Assembly (NCBI GenBank): GCA_965207375.1 | Contig: OZ242274.1 | Coordinates: 480,001-544,000, forward strand | Length of the DNA: 64,000 nucleotides | Reading direction: 5' to 3' | Source: Nitrosopumilaceae archaeon | GTDB lineage: Archaea; Thermoproteota; Nitrososphaeria; Nitrososphaerales; Nitrosopumilaceae | In this document: one piece after another, positions 19,287-29,477 of the stretch | Layout of the letters: every line of letters starts with the position of its first letter | Numbering within the stretch: position 1 is the stretch's first letter | The notes under the pieces: model-generated | What the model saw: the letters and a program-made list of their open reading frames with translations, nothing else | The model's database searches: none | Told to the model about the DNA's origin: nothing | Position numbers and translations under genes: made by a program

Positions 19287-19347
19287 TCTGAAATTTACGC
19301 GTGAAATTTACGAAGAGTTTTTGTTATAGTAGATCGCATCTCAAATT

Positions 19348-19626
19348 ATGCAAAAGCAAGAGAATCCCACGTATCTAAAGGCAATTACGATACGAGATTC
19401 AAGTGACATTCATTCCATAAAGGAAGACATCAAAAAAGGAATGATTTTGATATTGCGCGTAACGCCTCTTGCACAAAAGGATGTAGAGCAGCTAAGAAAG
19501 TTGGTGGAGGAGCTGTATTCTGTTGCCAAATCCTCGGATGCAGAAATTGCAAGACTAGGCGAGGAAAGAATCATTGTAACACCGTCTGGTGTGAAAATCT
19601 GGAAGCCAGATTACGAATTAAAATAA
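19348..19626 (+). CDS. sepF: SepF-family protein
   Basis: IKEDIKKG.ILILRV and AEIARLGEERIIVTPSGVKI, typical of archaeal SepF (DUF552). Confidence 0.75.
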   Translation: MQKQENPTYLKAITIRDSSDIHSIKEDIKKGMILILRVTPLAQKDVEQLRKLVEELYSVAKSSDAEIARLGEERIIVTPSGVKIWKPDYELK

Positions 19627-21555
19627 TTTTATGGCCTCTTGAATTTGTGGATAGTGTGCAGGAACTCTGTACATTCTGCGCATGTTCATTGCAAGGTTTT
19701 CGGATTTTCTTCGCTCACCGTGATTGATCAAGATGCGTCGCAGTTTTGGCCGCAGTCTTTGTACAAATGACATTAGCTGGTTATAGTCACTGTGACCGCT
19801 AAAGCCATCTAATTTTTCCACGCCGCAATTTATGGTTACAACCTCAATCTTTCCCTCCTTGCCCAACATAGAGACCTGACGAGCACCATCTAAGACTCGC
19901 CTGCCAAGAGTTCCATTGACCTGATAGGAGACAAAGAGTACCTTGTTTTTGTCGTCAGGTGCAATATTTTTAAAGTATTCCAAAACAGGGCCTCCCTCTA
20001 GCATTCCAGATGTTGCCAAAACTATACAGGGTGAATCCTCACGTAATGGTTCCTCTCTGGCATCTGCATGTTCTATATTTGTAAAGTATTCAGAATCAAA
20101 TGGATTGTCATCAGTTTCCAAGATTTTCTTGCGCAGCTCCCTTTCGAGATATTCCGGATATGCCTCATGAATTGCAGATGCCTCAGATATCATGCCTTCG
20201 GTAAATACGGGGGCCTCTACCATTTCACCAGATTTCATGTAATGATCAATTACCATCATGATCTCTTGAGCTCGGCCTACTGCAGGAATCGGGATAAGAA
20301 CCTTGCCGCCGTCAGCAAGGGTGTTATTTACTGCATTAATGAATGCAGATTCTACCTCCTGACGGGTGGGTTGAATGTCCTCTTTGGCACCATATGTACT
20401 CTCAATTAACAGCGTTTCGGCCCGTGGGAAATTCCAGCTTGCTGCCTCAAAGAGGATGCTTTTGCCGAATTTGATATCTCCAGAATAGACAAAATTATGA
20501 TCACCGTTTCCAATATGAAAATGGCACAGGGCAGAGCCTAAAATGTGCCCGGCATTGGCCAAAACAAGTTTGATGTCAGGAGATATGTCAGTTACGGTTC
20601 CATACGGTAGCGTAATTGCCTGTCGCATGATTGATTTGACGTCTCTTTCAGAGTATAGGGGTGTTCTTCCCTGGGCTACAGCTACCTTGATTGCGTCTAG
20701 CTGAATAAGATTCATCATGGGAAGTGTTGGTTCTGTGCAGTAGATTGGTCCCTTGTATCCATACTTGCACAGGGTTGGTAAAAATCCGGTATGATCCAAA
20801 TGAGCATGTCCTATTACAACTGCATCAATATCATCTAGTGTAACATTTACAGAGTCTAGTCTCGGATAAGCATCCATTGGATGTCTTGCTCCAGGATTAA
20901 CACCGCAGTCAATTAGGATTTTGCTTTCAGGAGTAGACAGCAGCATGCTTGATCTGCCTACCTGGCCGAATCCGCCAAGTGTAAACAGGGAAACCTCTGA
21001 CCGGTGTGCCAGACATGGTCTAAATATTTCATCTCCAATCTGCCGTAGTTGCTTGCTGCGCTCTGCAGATGAAATTTTAAGATTATAGTTTATGGTTTGA
21101 ATGGTACTAGAGGGAACCGTTGTGGCCTTTCGAATTCTCAGCCTCCAGCCGATTTTTTCGGTAACATCAACGTGATTGAACTCTTTGGCGTTTCTTTGTA
21201 ACAGCCAAGGCCGTTTGGCTTCAATTGAGACCTCGCCTGTGGCAGTATCAAAGAATGTCCCTTCTAGTTTGGCCTCAGCAGGTACTTCGGAGTCTAGGAT
21301 TTTGCGTGCGTCCTGCTCTGGTTTGCGGATGGATTCGTCGGTTCGGACGACAATTCTTTTCTTGATTACATTTACCAAGGTTGAAATGATGTTGTTGTGT
21401 TCCATCAAAAATCTGGGGGCGTTTGTGTACAGTGCGATTCTTGGTCCCTCATATTCAATTTTAGTGACCTTGGCCTCTTTAGGAATACTTTGCAGTATGG
21501 TTGCCATTACATTTTGGACTGTAGGTATTTCTTTAGATGGTTGTTTTTTTTGCAT
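19618..21555 (-). CDS. fttA: Beta-CASP ribonuclease aCPSF1 (transcription termination factor)
   Basis: KH domains (IEYEGP), HAHLDH, AGHILGS, FSGHSD; next to proteasome beta. Confidence 0.95.
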   Translation of the reverse strand: MQKKQPSKEIPTVQNVMATILQSIPKEAKVTKIEYEGPRIALYTNAPRFLMEHNNIISTLVNVIKKRIVVRTDESIRKPEQDARKILDSEVPAEAKLEGTFFDTATGEVSIEAKRPWLLQRNAKEFNHVDVTEKIGWRLRIRKATTVPSSTIQTINYNLKISSAERSKQLRQIGDEIFRPCLAHRSEVSLFTLGGFGQVGRSSMLLSTPESKILIDCGVNPGARHPMDAYPRLDSVNVTLDDIDAVVIGHAHLDHTGFLPTLCKYGYKGPIYCTEPTLPMMNLIQLDAIKVAVAQGRTPLYSERDVKSIMRQAITLPYGTVTDISPDIKLVLANAGHILGSALCHFHIGNGDHNFVYSGDIKFGKSILFEAASWNFPRAETLLIESTYGAKEDIQPTRQEVESAFINAVNNTLADGGKVLIPIPAVGRAQEIMMVIDHYMKSGEMVEAPVFTEGMISEASAIHEAYPEYLERELRKKILETDDNPFDSEYFTNIEHADAREEPLREDSPCIVLATSGMLEGGPVLEYFKNIAPDDKNKVLFVSYQVNGTLGRRVLDGARQVSMLGKEGKIEVVTINCGVEKLDGFSGHSDYNQLMSFVQRLRPKLRRILINHGERRKSENLAMNMRRMYRVPAHYPQIQEAIKLF

Positions 21556-21562
21556 TAAATCA

Positions 21563-22195
21563 CTATAGTTTTATGATTGCTTTTTTCTGTTCATCTGTTA
21601 AAAGACGGAATCCATTTTTGTCAATTATTGCGACGTTAATTCCATCGCCTGTGCCAATGTTTCTTACTATGGCTGCTTTGACTGCACGTAGTGCAATATT
21701 TTTGGCCTCAGCAACTGTCAGATCTTTTTTGTATTCTTCTTCTAAAAGACCATATGCCACAGGGGATCCGCTACCAGTTGTCACGTATGATTTTTCTTCA
21801 ACAGAGCCAAACATGTCAATATTGTACAAGGCAGGACCGCCAAGATCATAGCCTCCAACTAAGATATCTGCAATAAAGGGATATCCCCTGTTTTGATGAA
21901 ATATCAAGGAGGTAAGTCTAGTTAATGATCTAATTGGAATGGGTTCCTGTCTTTGAACGCGATGCAGGTTTGCGTGATACCGTAGTATGTCGGTAATGTT
22001 TTGGGCGTCTGCAACGCCGCCTGCAAGGGTCAGACCCGCATGTAGATCTAGTTTTTGGATTTTCATGGTATTGTTGTTTGCAATAAAATAGCCTGCGCTA
22101 GCCCTCATGTCGGCACACAAGACAACACCGTCAGTTGCCTTGATACCTACCGTAGTGGTCCCGTGAAGTATTTTCTCTTGTACGTTATTTGACAA
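21563..22195 (-). CDS. psmB: Proteasome subunit beta
   Basis: Propeptide then G^TTTVG, GSGS; TTG start. Confidence 0.95.
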   Translation of the reverse strand: MSNNVQEKILHGTTTVGIKATDGVVLCADMRASAGYFIANNNTMKIQKLDLHAGLTLAGGVADAQNITDILRYHANLHRVQRQEPIPIRSLTRLTSLIFHQNRGYPFIADILVGGYDLGGPALYNIDMFGSVEEKSYVTTGSGSPVAYGLLEEEYKKDLTVAEAKNIALRAVKAAIVRNIGTGDGINVAIIDKNGFRLLTDEQKKAIIKL

Positions 22196-22291
22196 AAATT
22201 ACACCTATAAAGATAATTCAGGTGTAAAAGACCCTTTTAAATAACTTGTGTCTGGGAATCGATAAATAGTGACAAAAAAAATTATGAACGC

Positions 22292-23335
22292 ATGAAATCG
22301 CATACAATGGAGCTTCCACGTCTGATTGTAATAGGAGACAAGTCGTTGATTGATTTTGGCACATTTTTAAAAAAATTAGACAATTCAAAACGCATCTCAC
22401 TTGTGACAGGAGGACATGTCAAAAAAATTGTCCAAAAAAAGATAGAGTCATCACTGCAAAGGTCAAAGATAAAATGCAATTGGCATCTGGCTGGAAAAAA
22501 CGAGGCAGAATCAATTAAGATGGTACAGGGGGCAGTAAAAAAAGACAAAAGTGACACAATAATTGGAATTGGTGGCGGAAGAGCAGTAGATGTTGCAAAA
22601 ATTATTGCATTTAATTTGAAAAAACCATTTGTAAGTGTGCCAACTGCTGCTTCCCATGATGGAATATCTAGTCCATTTGTTTCAGTAAAGGGAGACAAAC
22701 CACACTCCATTGTAGCATCGTCGCCTCACGGTGTGTTTGTAGATATTGATATTATCAAAAAGGCGCCAAGGCATCTGCTGGCAAGCGGTTGCGGAGATTT
22801 GATTGCAAATATTACTGCAGTAAAAGATTGGGAGCTTGGACATAAAAAAACTGGAGAATATTACGGTAGGTATTCTGCAAATCTTGCGTTAATGAGTGCG
22901 GATATGATTTTGGAAAATGCGGACGCATTTACAAGACAGGGAATAGATTCAAGGATTGTAGTTGAGGCGCTAATCAGTGCAGGTGTGGCATCCTGTATTG
23001 CAGGTAGTAGCAGGCCATGTTCTGGATCAGAACATTTGTTTTCGCATGCACTAGACAAAATTGCACCCGGAAAAGGATTGCATGGTGAAAAATGTGGGAT
23101 TGGAGCAATAATGATGGCCAAACTGCACAATCAGGATTGGAAAAAAATTTCTAAAACTTTGAAATGCGTGGGGGCACCAACTGCTGCAAAAGAGATTGGA
23201 TTAAACAAGCAAGAAATTACAGACGCCCTAGTAATGGCACAGCAGCTGAGGCCAGAAAGATACACGATTTTACAGGAGATAAAAATGACGCAAGAAACAG
23301 CTACAAAATTGGCAAGAGAGACGAAAATTATTTAA
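22292..23335 (+). CDS. egsA: sn-glycerol-1-phosphate dehydrogenase
   Basis: GIGGG, PTAASHDG, SRPCSGSEH, LHGE. Confidence 0.95.
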   Translation: MKSHTMELPRLIVIGDKSLIDFGTFLKKLDNSKRISLVTGGHVKKIVQKKIESSLQRSKIKCNWHLAGKNEAESIKMVQGAVKKDKSDTIIGIGGGRAVDVAKIIAFNLKKPFVSVPTAASHDGISSPFVSVKGDKPHSIVASSPHGVFVDIDIIKKAPRHLLASGCGDLIANITAVKDWELGHKKTGEYYGRYSANLALMSADMILENADAFTRQGIDSRIVVEALISAGVASCIAGSSRPCSGSEHLFSHALDKIAPGKGLHGEKCGIGAIMMAKLHNQDWKKISKTLKCVGAPTAAKEIGLNKQEITDALVMAQQLRPERYTILQEIKMTQETATKLARETKII

Positions 23336-24120
23336 ATTTGCGTCTCTGTATTTTTTGTTTGATATAAGGACTGCTCTGGTTTAGGCGGTGCGTATTGTGA
23401 CTTTTCTGTATCTTGGATAATCGGCGTATCTTTTTTGTTCTTGTTTTCATGAGTTTCTATGAAACTGATGCTAGATAACGTGGGAATAAATTTGAACAGA
23501 TCCTGCTGGGTAAAGTTTTTAGTTGTTTGTAATCCGTCTGCGTTGAATAGTTGTGTTGGAATAAAGACGTCTAGTTTGTCATCAGTAACTTGGAATTTCA
23601 ATGCCTGGTCATCTATAGGAATATGGTTTTTAAGAATGGCTGAAATTTTGTCGTCATCTGATTTTAGTGCCTTTATAACGGTAACATCATAAAGAATGGT
23701 TTTTCCGGCAAATTTGTGATTAAAATCAATTTGAACTCTTCCTGATCCTATATAACGAATAATCCCTCTTTTGTTGTCTATTTCGACTGAATCACCGATT
23801 GAGACCTTTTCGGCGTCATCGCCTAATTTTCTGAGAGGAATCATTCTGACCTTGCCGGAGTCTCGTTGGCCAAAGCCCTTCTCCGGAGTGACCTCGACGG
23901 TAAGTCTGTCACCTTCACTGGTTTTAGCTAGAGCATCATCTAGTCCTTCAAGAACCCATGATTCTCCTACAGAAACTAGTTTTGATTGGTACTTTATGCT
24001 AGGATCATGAATGGAGTGTTGCATGGCATCTGCCTGAATTGTTGATTCAAACACTTCTTCGGTGTCTTTGATTTTAGCTGTATAATCAATTAGAACAAGT
24101 GAGCCCTTCTCAAAAGTCAT
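23332..24120 (-). CDS. FKBP-type peptidyl-prolyl isomerase (SlyD-like)
   Basis: IDYT, PEKGFG, DFNHKFAGK. Confidence 0.9.
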   Translation of the reverse strand: MTFEKGSLVLIDYTAKIKDTEEVFESTIQADAMQHSIHDPSIKYQSKLVSVGESWVLEGLDDALAKTSEGDRLTVEVTPEKGFGQRDSGKVRMIPLRKLGDDAEKVSIGDSVEIDNKRGIIRYIGSGRVQIDFNHKFAGKTILYDVTVIKALKSDDDKISAILKNHIPIDDQALKFQVTDDKLDVFIPTQLFNADGLQTTKNFTQQDLFKFIPTLSSISFIETHENKNKKDTPIIQDTEKSQYAPPKPEQSLYQTKNTETQI

Positions 24121-24156
24121 TGTGATCGGTCTCGAATTTCCTAATATTAAGTTATT

Positions 24157-25302
24157 TTAGAGTGCTTTGAGTTTTTCTTGTGCAGTTTTTAATCCTGCCT
24201 GTGCATCCACATCATATCCCATCATTGACAGAGTAGCCGAAATTGCAGACATTGTTCTCATTACATGATAAGGACCTACCTCTCCCATACAGCCGACACG
24301 GAACACCTTGCCTTTTAGATTTCCAAATCCTCCCGCTACTAAAACCTTGAATTTGTCAGCAAGCGTATTTCGAAACGTTTTGTCTTCAAGGCCGTCTAGA
24401 TAATTTAGCGCAACAATTGAAATTGAACGATCTTCTGGTTTTGCAAATGGAGAAAGGCCCATTGCAGACAGTCCAGAGTATAATGCGTCTGAGCAGACTC
24501 TGTGTCTTTTGAATACATTTTGTAATCCTTCTTCTAATATTATGGATAATGCCTCCCTGTATGCGTACAGTAACGGAAGTGCGGGCGTAAATGGTGTGTG
24601 TTTTTCCTCGTCATAGTATTTGAAGTACCTTGCTAAATTGAAATACATTGTTGCAGGTGGGTTTTGTACCATATGTTTTTTGGCTTTAGCACTGACAGAG
24701 ATTGGTGAAATTCCAGGTGGTGCAGCAATTGCTTTTTGAGCTCCGGTCATGCACACATCTATATTCCACTTGTCCACGCAAAGCTCAGCTCCTCCTAGCA
24801 ACGATACAGAATCTACTACATAAAACGCGTCATTTCTAGACGTCAAATCAGACACACGGTCAAGATAATTTACCATTGTTCCAGTGGAGGTTTCGTTGTG
24901 TACTACATAAAATGCCTTGACGTCTGCATTATTGTCAAATGCCTCCTTTATTTGATCAAAGCTTGCATTCTGTCCCGGAGGAGTCTCGAGTCTAACAATA
25001 TTGGCTCCCTGTCCCTCTATCAGCTGAGCTAGTCTATTACTAAATTCGCCATTTACAGGAATGATTACCTTATCATCCTTTTTGACTATGTTGACAACTC
25101 CTGCCTCTACTGCACCTGTACCTGATGCAGATAGTGCCACAATATCATTTTGTGTTTCAAATACCTGCTGGGTTTTTGCAACAACATCTGTGTACAGTTT
25201 TACAAAATCATCACTTCGGTGATTAATTATTGGGGCAAGCATTGCACGCATTACCCTGTTTGGTACGTTTGTTGGTCCGGGAAGCATTGAGAGATATTCC
25301 AT
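24157..25302 (-). CDS. Class V PLP aminotransferase (serine-pyruvate/alanine-glyoxylate type)
   Basis: LPGPT, HNETSTG, VDSVS, GAQKA. Confidence 0.92.
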   Translation of the reverse strand: MEYLSMLPGPTNVPNRVMRAMLAPIINHRSDDFVKLYTDVVAKTQQVFETQNDIVALSASGTGAVEAGVVNIVKKDDKVIIPVNGEFSNRLAQLIEGQGANIVRLETPPGQNASFDQIKEAFDNNADVKAFYVVHNETSTGTMVNYLDRVSDLTSRNDAFYVVDSVSLLGGAELCVDKWNIDVCMTGAQKAIAAPPGISPISVSAKAKKHMVQNPPATMYFNLARYFKYYDEEKHTPFTPALPLLYAYREALSIILEEGLQNVFKRHRVCSDALYSGLSAMGLSPFAKPEDRSISIVALNYLDGLEDKTFRNTLADKFKVLVAGGFGNLKGKVFRVGCMGEVGPYHVMRTMSAISATLSMMGYDVDAQAGLKTAQEKLKAL

Positions 25303-25342
25303 CAGTATCTAGCACTGATGTGATCTTTGGGTTTATTTATAA

Positions 25343-25837
25343 TTACAGACCTTTGATGTGATCTTTGGCATCTAGTTTTGCAAGGATATTTTTGGTGCCC
25401 TCAGGCAGGCATTGCTGCCAATCTTGGTCTTTGCTCAATTTTTGGCGGATGCAGGTACCAGATAAGAGATCTCTGTCTTTGAACGGTATTGGAGATACTG
25501 TTATTCCCTGGGTACAATAGATGTGAGCCGTCATTTTGTCATTAGTAAAGACAATATCAAACTTGGGAACTAGAGTTTTGATGTTTTGTGCCCATTTTTT
25601 GTGATCGTTTAGATCTGGAATTTCAAAGATCTTAATTTTTTTCAGTGATTCGTCATCTAGGGAGGACAGGATCATTTGGCGGCGCAGGCTTGCAGAAAAT
25701 GGGTTTTGTTTTTGCATGGCTTTATTAGAGCTGCCTATTCCTATCCACAGGTTATCAACCTTGGATAGTGCAAAATGTACTGCATGTACGTGTCCCAAAT
25801 GAAATGGTTGAAATCTACCAATTAACAGTCCATCCAT
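25343..25837 (-). CDS. nadM: Nicotinamide-nucleotide adenylyltransferase
   Basis: GRFQPFHLGH, SGT.IR. Confidence 0.92.
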   Translation of the reverse strand: MDGLLIGRFQPFHLGHVHAVHFALSKVDNLWIGIGSSNKAMQKQNPFSASLRRQMILSSLDDESLKKIKIFEIPDLNDHKKWAQNIKTLVPKFDIVFTNDKMTAHIYCTQGITVSPIPFKDRDLLSGTCIRQKLSKDQDWQQCLPEGTKNILAKLDAKDHIKGL

Positions 25838-25886
25838 GATTTAATCATGATTTAGAATTATTAAAAACCATTACAATGAAAAATAT

Positions 25887-26903
25887 ATGGAATTTTCAAG
25901 TATTGATGGTTCTCGTGGAGAAGGAGGTGGGCAGATACTTCGCAGTGCAATTACACTGTCGTGCATAACAAAGACTCCAATTAAGGTTAAAAATATCAGG
26001 CAGAAAAGAAGGTACCCCGGATTGGCAGCAGGGCATCTAGCTGCAGTAAAAATTCTTGCAAAAATTTGCAATGCAAGGGTTTCAGGATTGAAGGTGGGCT
26101 CTACAGAAATTGAATTTGTGCCAAATGATGTGCAAAATTTGTCACTTACACAAGATGTTGGCACTGCGGCAAGTATTTCGCTAATTTTGCAGGTCTTAAT
26201 TTATGCTGTTTCGCTTTCAAAGAAAAAATTAGAGATTACCATACGGGGAGGAACAGATGTGTCATGGAGTCCTACAATAGACTATACAAGATTTGTTTTG
26301 TCTGAAGCACTATCAAAATTTGGGATAAGGTACGGAATAGATGTCAAAAAACGCGGCTATTATCCAAGGGGAGGAGGAATCGCTGATGTGAAGATTTTTC
26401 CCTGCAAGAGGATCAATCCTGTTTCATTTACCAAAAGTGAGGCAGGCAGTGTCAGTTTGTGTTGCACGTATTCGAAAATCAGAGAGCAAAAGGTTCAGCA
26501 AGCATTTTGGACGGTAAAACAGAATTTACAAAAAAATGGTTTTGATGTGGATTCGAAAATTACCCGCGAGGACAGTCTAGATTGCGGGGCATCAATTCTA
26601 GCATACAGAAAAAGTGAAAGGTCAGTACTAGGATCAGATGGTCTGTGGGATGTACAAAAAGAAAAATTCAGAGTGGATTGTTTTGGGAAATTTGCTTGCA
26701 ATAGTTTGGGCGTAGATGAAAATCTTGCAGACATGATAGTGATTCCGGCAAGTCTGAGCAATGAGACCTCAATTTTTCAGGTTCCTAGAATCACTACACA
26801 TCTAGAAACAAATCTGTATGTGACCTCAAAGCTGACCGGTTGTAAATATGGGATTGGTCGACTTGCAGATGGTTATGAGGTACGCATTAAAGGAAATCTA
26901 TAA
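25887..26903 (+). CDS. rtcA: RNA 3'-terminal phosphate cyclase
   Basis: GEGGGQILR, GGTDV, GYYPRGGG, catalytic His in THLETN. Confidence 0.92.
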   Translation: MEFSSIDGSRGEGGGQILRSAITLSCITKTPIKVKNIRQKRRYPGLAAGHLAAVKILAKICNARVSGLKVGSTEIEFVPNDVQNLSLTQDVGTAASISLILQVLIYAVSLSKKKLEITIRGGTDVSWSPTIDYTRFVLSEALSKFGIRYGIDVKKRGYYPRGGGIADVKIFPCKRINPVSFTKSEAGSVSLCCTYSKIREQKVQQAFWTVKQNLQKNGFDVDSKITREDSLDCGASILAYRKSERSVLGSDGLWDVQKEKFRVDCFGKFACNSLGVDENLADMIVIPASLSNETSIFQVPRITTHLETNLYVTSKLTGCKYGIGRLADGYEVRIKGNL

Positions 26904-27407
26904 TCCAGAATCCAAGGCTGCTGCAAAAAACAGTATTGCAACAGAAATGACCACAGTGACCTCGCCTAAAATAATGATTTTTTTGCGCAGTACCTGCAAC
27001 TGTTGTTGCGACATTTGTTTTGACATGATTCGATCTTCTACATCTTTTCTAATTATTCTTACATGTACCAAAAATACTATAATCAGTGAAATGACAAGTA
27101 AGGTCTTTACAATCAGGTACAAGCCGTAATCAGTTGAGAGTAAGAATTCAGAATCAGAGAAAACAAATCTAGAATTGTATATTCCGGTTGCAATTAAAAT
27201 TAAAAGCGACGGCACCGCTATTTTGTTAAATCGTCTGCCGACTTTGATCATTATTTGTATGCGCTGTTCATGGGAGCTGTACATTGTTTTTAGGATGGGA
27301 GCTAAAACTACTCCAAGAAAGATTGAACCACCCACCCAAATTGATGCAGAAATAAGATGAATCCATGTAATTAGGGTTTGATCTAGTGCCATTACAGTTG
27401 TTCTCAA
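26898..27407 (-). CDS. CopD-like copper-resistance membrane protein
   Basis: WIHL...IWVGG motif, 4 TM. Confidence 0.75.
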   Translation of the reverse strand: MRTTVMALDQTLITWIHLISASIWVGGSIFLGVVLAPILKTMYSSHEQRIQIMIKVGRRFNKIAVPSLLILIATGIYNSRFVFSDSEFLLSTDYGLYLIVKTLLVISLIIVFLVHVRIIRKDVEDRIMSKQMSQQQLQVLRKKIIILGEVTVVISVAILFFAAALDSGL

Positions 27408-27472
27408 TTAACAAATATTATGTATTTGGTACTGACAACGTTTTTTAGTTGTAGGGTAAGGTAAGGATTAGT

Positions 27473-27967
27473 TTGCAGCTACAGAGTAAAATGATAGTTT
27501 ACGTTGCAATTGCAGCGATGTTAGCCATGATGGGTGGAATTGTACTGTATGCGGGTCAGGATAATCCAGAATTAGAATTAGCAGAAATAAATTTGGTCGG
27601 AGTGGACGTAGTTTCAATAGACAAAATTTCAGGCAAGCTAAAGATAGAGACTACATTTTTGATTTCAAATCAAGGAGAGAAGACATTTACGGTTCCACTA
27701 ATTAGCTATGACATATTTGCAGACGGAGTGCGTCTTGCATCGGGCCAATATTCTACAGAAGATATTGCAATGCCTGGAAGGGCGGCCTTTTATCCTGATG
27801 CAAAAATTGCGTTAAAGAGTACAACATCTATTGCCAAAGAAGATGTTGATTCGCAATTATACAATGCACTAGTGGATGGAGAATTTAGAAAATATAGCGC
27901 ACAAGGCATCTTGACTGTAGAATCTGCCTGGAGTGTCGTTGAAAAGGAATTTCAGACTAGTATGTAA
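27473..27967 (+). CDS. Membrane-anchored LEA_2/WHy-like protein
   Basis: N-terminal TM; F.ISN...ISYDIFADG..LASG pattern. Confidence 0.6.
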   Translation: MQLQSKMIVYVAIAAMLAMMGGIVLYAGQDNPELELAEINLVGVDVVSIDKISGKLKIETTFLISNQGEKTFTVPLISYDIFADGVRLASGQYSTEDIAMPGRAAFYPDAKIALKSTTSIAKEDVDSQLYNALVDGEFRKYSAQGILTVESAWSVVEKEFQTSM

Positions 27968-27973
27968 AAAAAG

Positions 27974-28047
27974 TGGGCCGAGAGAGATTCGAACTCACGA
28001 TCACCGCCGTGTCGAGGCGGTATCCTAACCAGCTAGACTACCGGCCC
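27974..28047 (-). tRNA. tRNA-Val(GAC)
   Basis: Cloverleaf GGGCCGG...TCGGCCC-A; anticodon arm CCGCC-TCGACAC-GGCGG; T-loop TTCGAAT. Confidence 0.92.
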
Positions 28048-28129
28048 AATATCGTTGAGGTCTGTATTACGACGTATTAACGTTTAACAGATCAAAAGAC
28101 GAATAAAACAAGTGCCCAAATGATAACTG

Positions 28130-28828
28130 ATGGATAAGGATTTCACACCTGCACAAAAGGATGGGCTGTATAAGGCAATATTCACAAGAAGAGATGTAAG
28201 ATCTCATTTTATCAAAAAGCCTATAGATGATGAAATTATTGCAAGAATTCTCAATGCGGCTCATCACGCACCATCGGTGGGATTTTCTCAGCCGTGGAAT
28301 TTTATCCTGATAAAAAAGGATGGCACCAAACAAAGGATCAAAGATAGTTTTGATAAAGAGATCAAGCGCTCATCTGCCCTTGTGGACGAACCAAAGAGAA
28401 CAAAATATTTATCATTAAAGTTGGAGGGAATAAAAGAATCGCCGGTAAATCTTTGTGTGACTTATGATCCTACGCGTTTTGGGCCCTTTGTGATTGGCAG
28501 ATCAAGCATTCCAGAAACTGGAATATACAGCGTATGTTGTGCAGTACAAAATCTTTGGTTGGCCGCACGGACTGAGGGGATAGGAGTAGGATGGGTGAGT
28601 ATTTTATCCAATGACACATTAAAAGAAATTCTGGAGCTGCCTGAACATGTGGTTCCTGTGGCGTATCTGTGTCTGGGATATGTTGAGGAATTTGCGGCAA
28701 AACCAGATCTTGAAACTTCAGGATGGCTTCCAAGATTGGATCTAAATGAGGTTGTTAATTTTGAAAAATGGAATCAAAAGGAGGATGTAACAAATAGCAA
28801 GATTAAAGAATTGATCAGTAAGACTTGA
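28130..28828 (+). CDS. bluB: 5,6-dimethylbenzimidazole synthase
   Basis: RRDVR, APSVGFSQPW, LKLEGI, GVGWVS. Confidence 0.92.
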   Translation: MDKDFTPAQKDGLYKAIFTRRDVRSHFIKKPIDDEIIARILNAAHHAPSVGFSQPWNFILIKKDGTKQRIKDSFDKEIKRSSALVDEPKRTKYLSLKLEGIKESPVNLCVTYDPTRFGPFVIGRSSIPETGIYSVCCAVQNLWLAARTEGIGVGWVSILSNDTLKEILELPEHVVPVAYLCLGYVEEFAAKPDLETSGWLPRLDLNEVVNFEKWNQKEDVTNSKIKELISKT

Positions 28829-28862
28829 TTACGCTTAAATAATTACATACATGTTTTTTGAT

Positions 28863-28954
28863 GGGCTTGTGGCGCAGAGTCAAATGACGCGAAATATGGA
28901 TAGCGTGGTAGCCTCCTAAGTTACAGGTCGAGGGATCGAAGCCCTCCAAGCCCG
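28863..28954 (+). tRNA. tRNA-Arg(CCT) with a 17-nt intron at position 15/16 (28878-28894)
   Basis: GGGCTTG/CAAGCCC acceptor stem; GTAGC-CTCCTAA-GTTAC anticodon arm; removing AGTCAAATGACGCGAAA restores the D-loop AGTATGGATA. Confidence 0.88.
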
Positions 28955-29058
28955 CTTCGTTTTTCAAAAAGCAAAAAACGAAAGATTCGCAATAAAAGAG
29001 TACTATAGATCAATTCAAAATCAAACCGCAAAATCAAAGATAAATTTGTTGATTTGCG

Positions 29059-29319
29059 GTGCTTGGAAAAGCCAGGATCAAGGGACATGCCACAAAGGAC
29101 ACTAAAGAGACAGTGCCAAATCAGGTGAATTGCCGCAAAAATCCGAAAGATAAAAATGTGGGAAAATACAGTACTCCTAGGAGCTGGAATCACATAGCAT
29201 CAAAACCACCAAAATACATTGTTGAGACAAATCAGGATGTGCGCAGATGGTATGAGAACATAAAGCGTTCAAGCATACTAAACGTAGATGAAGACTGCAC
29301 AGGCTCAACCTGTTTGTAA
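29059..29319 (+). pseudogene. N-terminal remnant of a tyrosine integrase
   Basis: NQDVRRWYENIKRSS, then RLHRLNLF in a shifted frame, like the N-terminus of archaeal integrases; about 100 bp from the tRNA 3' end. Confidence 0.6.
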
Positions 29320-29477
29320 CTGTTAACATCATGTCTAGATTTTTGTTCCATTTTTTGATAACAAAATAATCTTATGTCTAAAATTACCATAAATTCAAAA
29401 CAACGTTAACAGATACAATTCTAGTATTTGAAAAATTCTAATTTGTACACGTATGTTTGATAATTTTGTATTATGTG

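Noticed and set aside
29320-29412. 8-bp inverted repeat ctgttaac/gttaacag and a 13-mer shared in reverse with about 40162
   Set aside because: Short AT-rich matches with no TSD and inconsistent orientation; could be chance.
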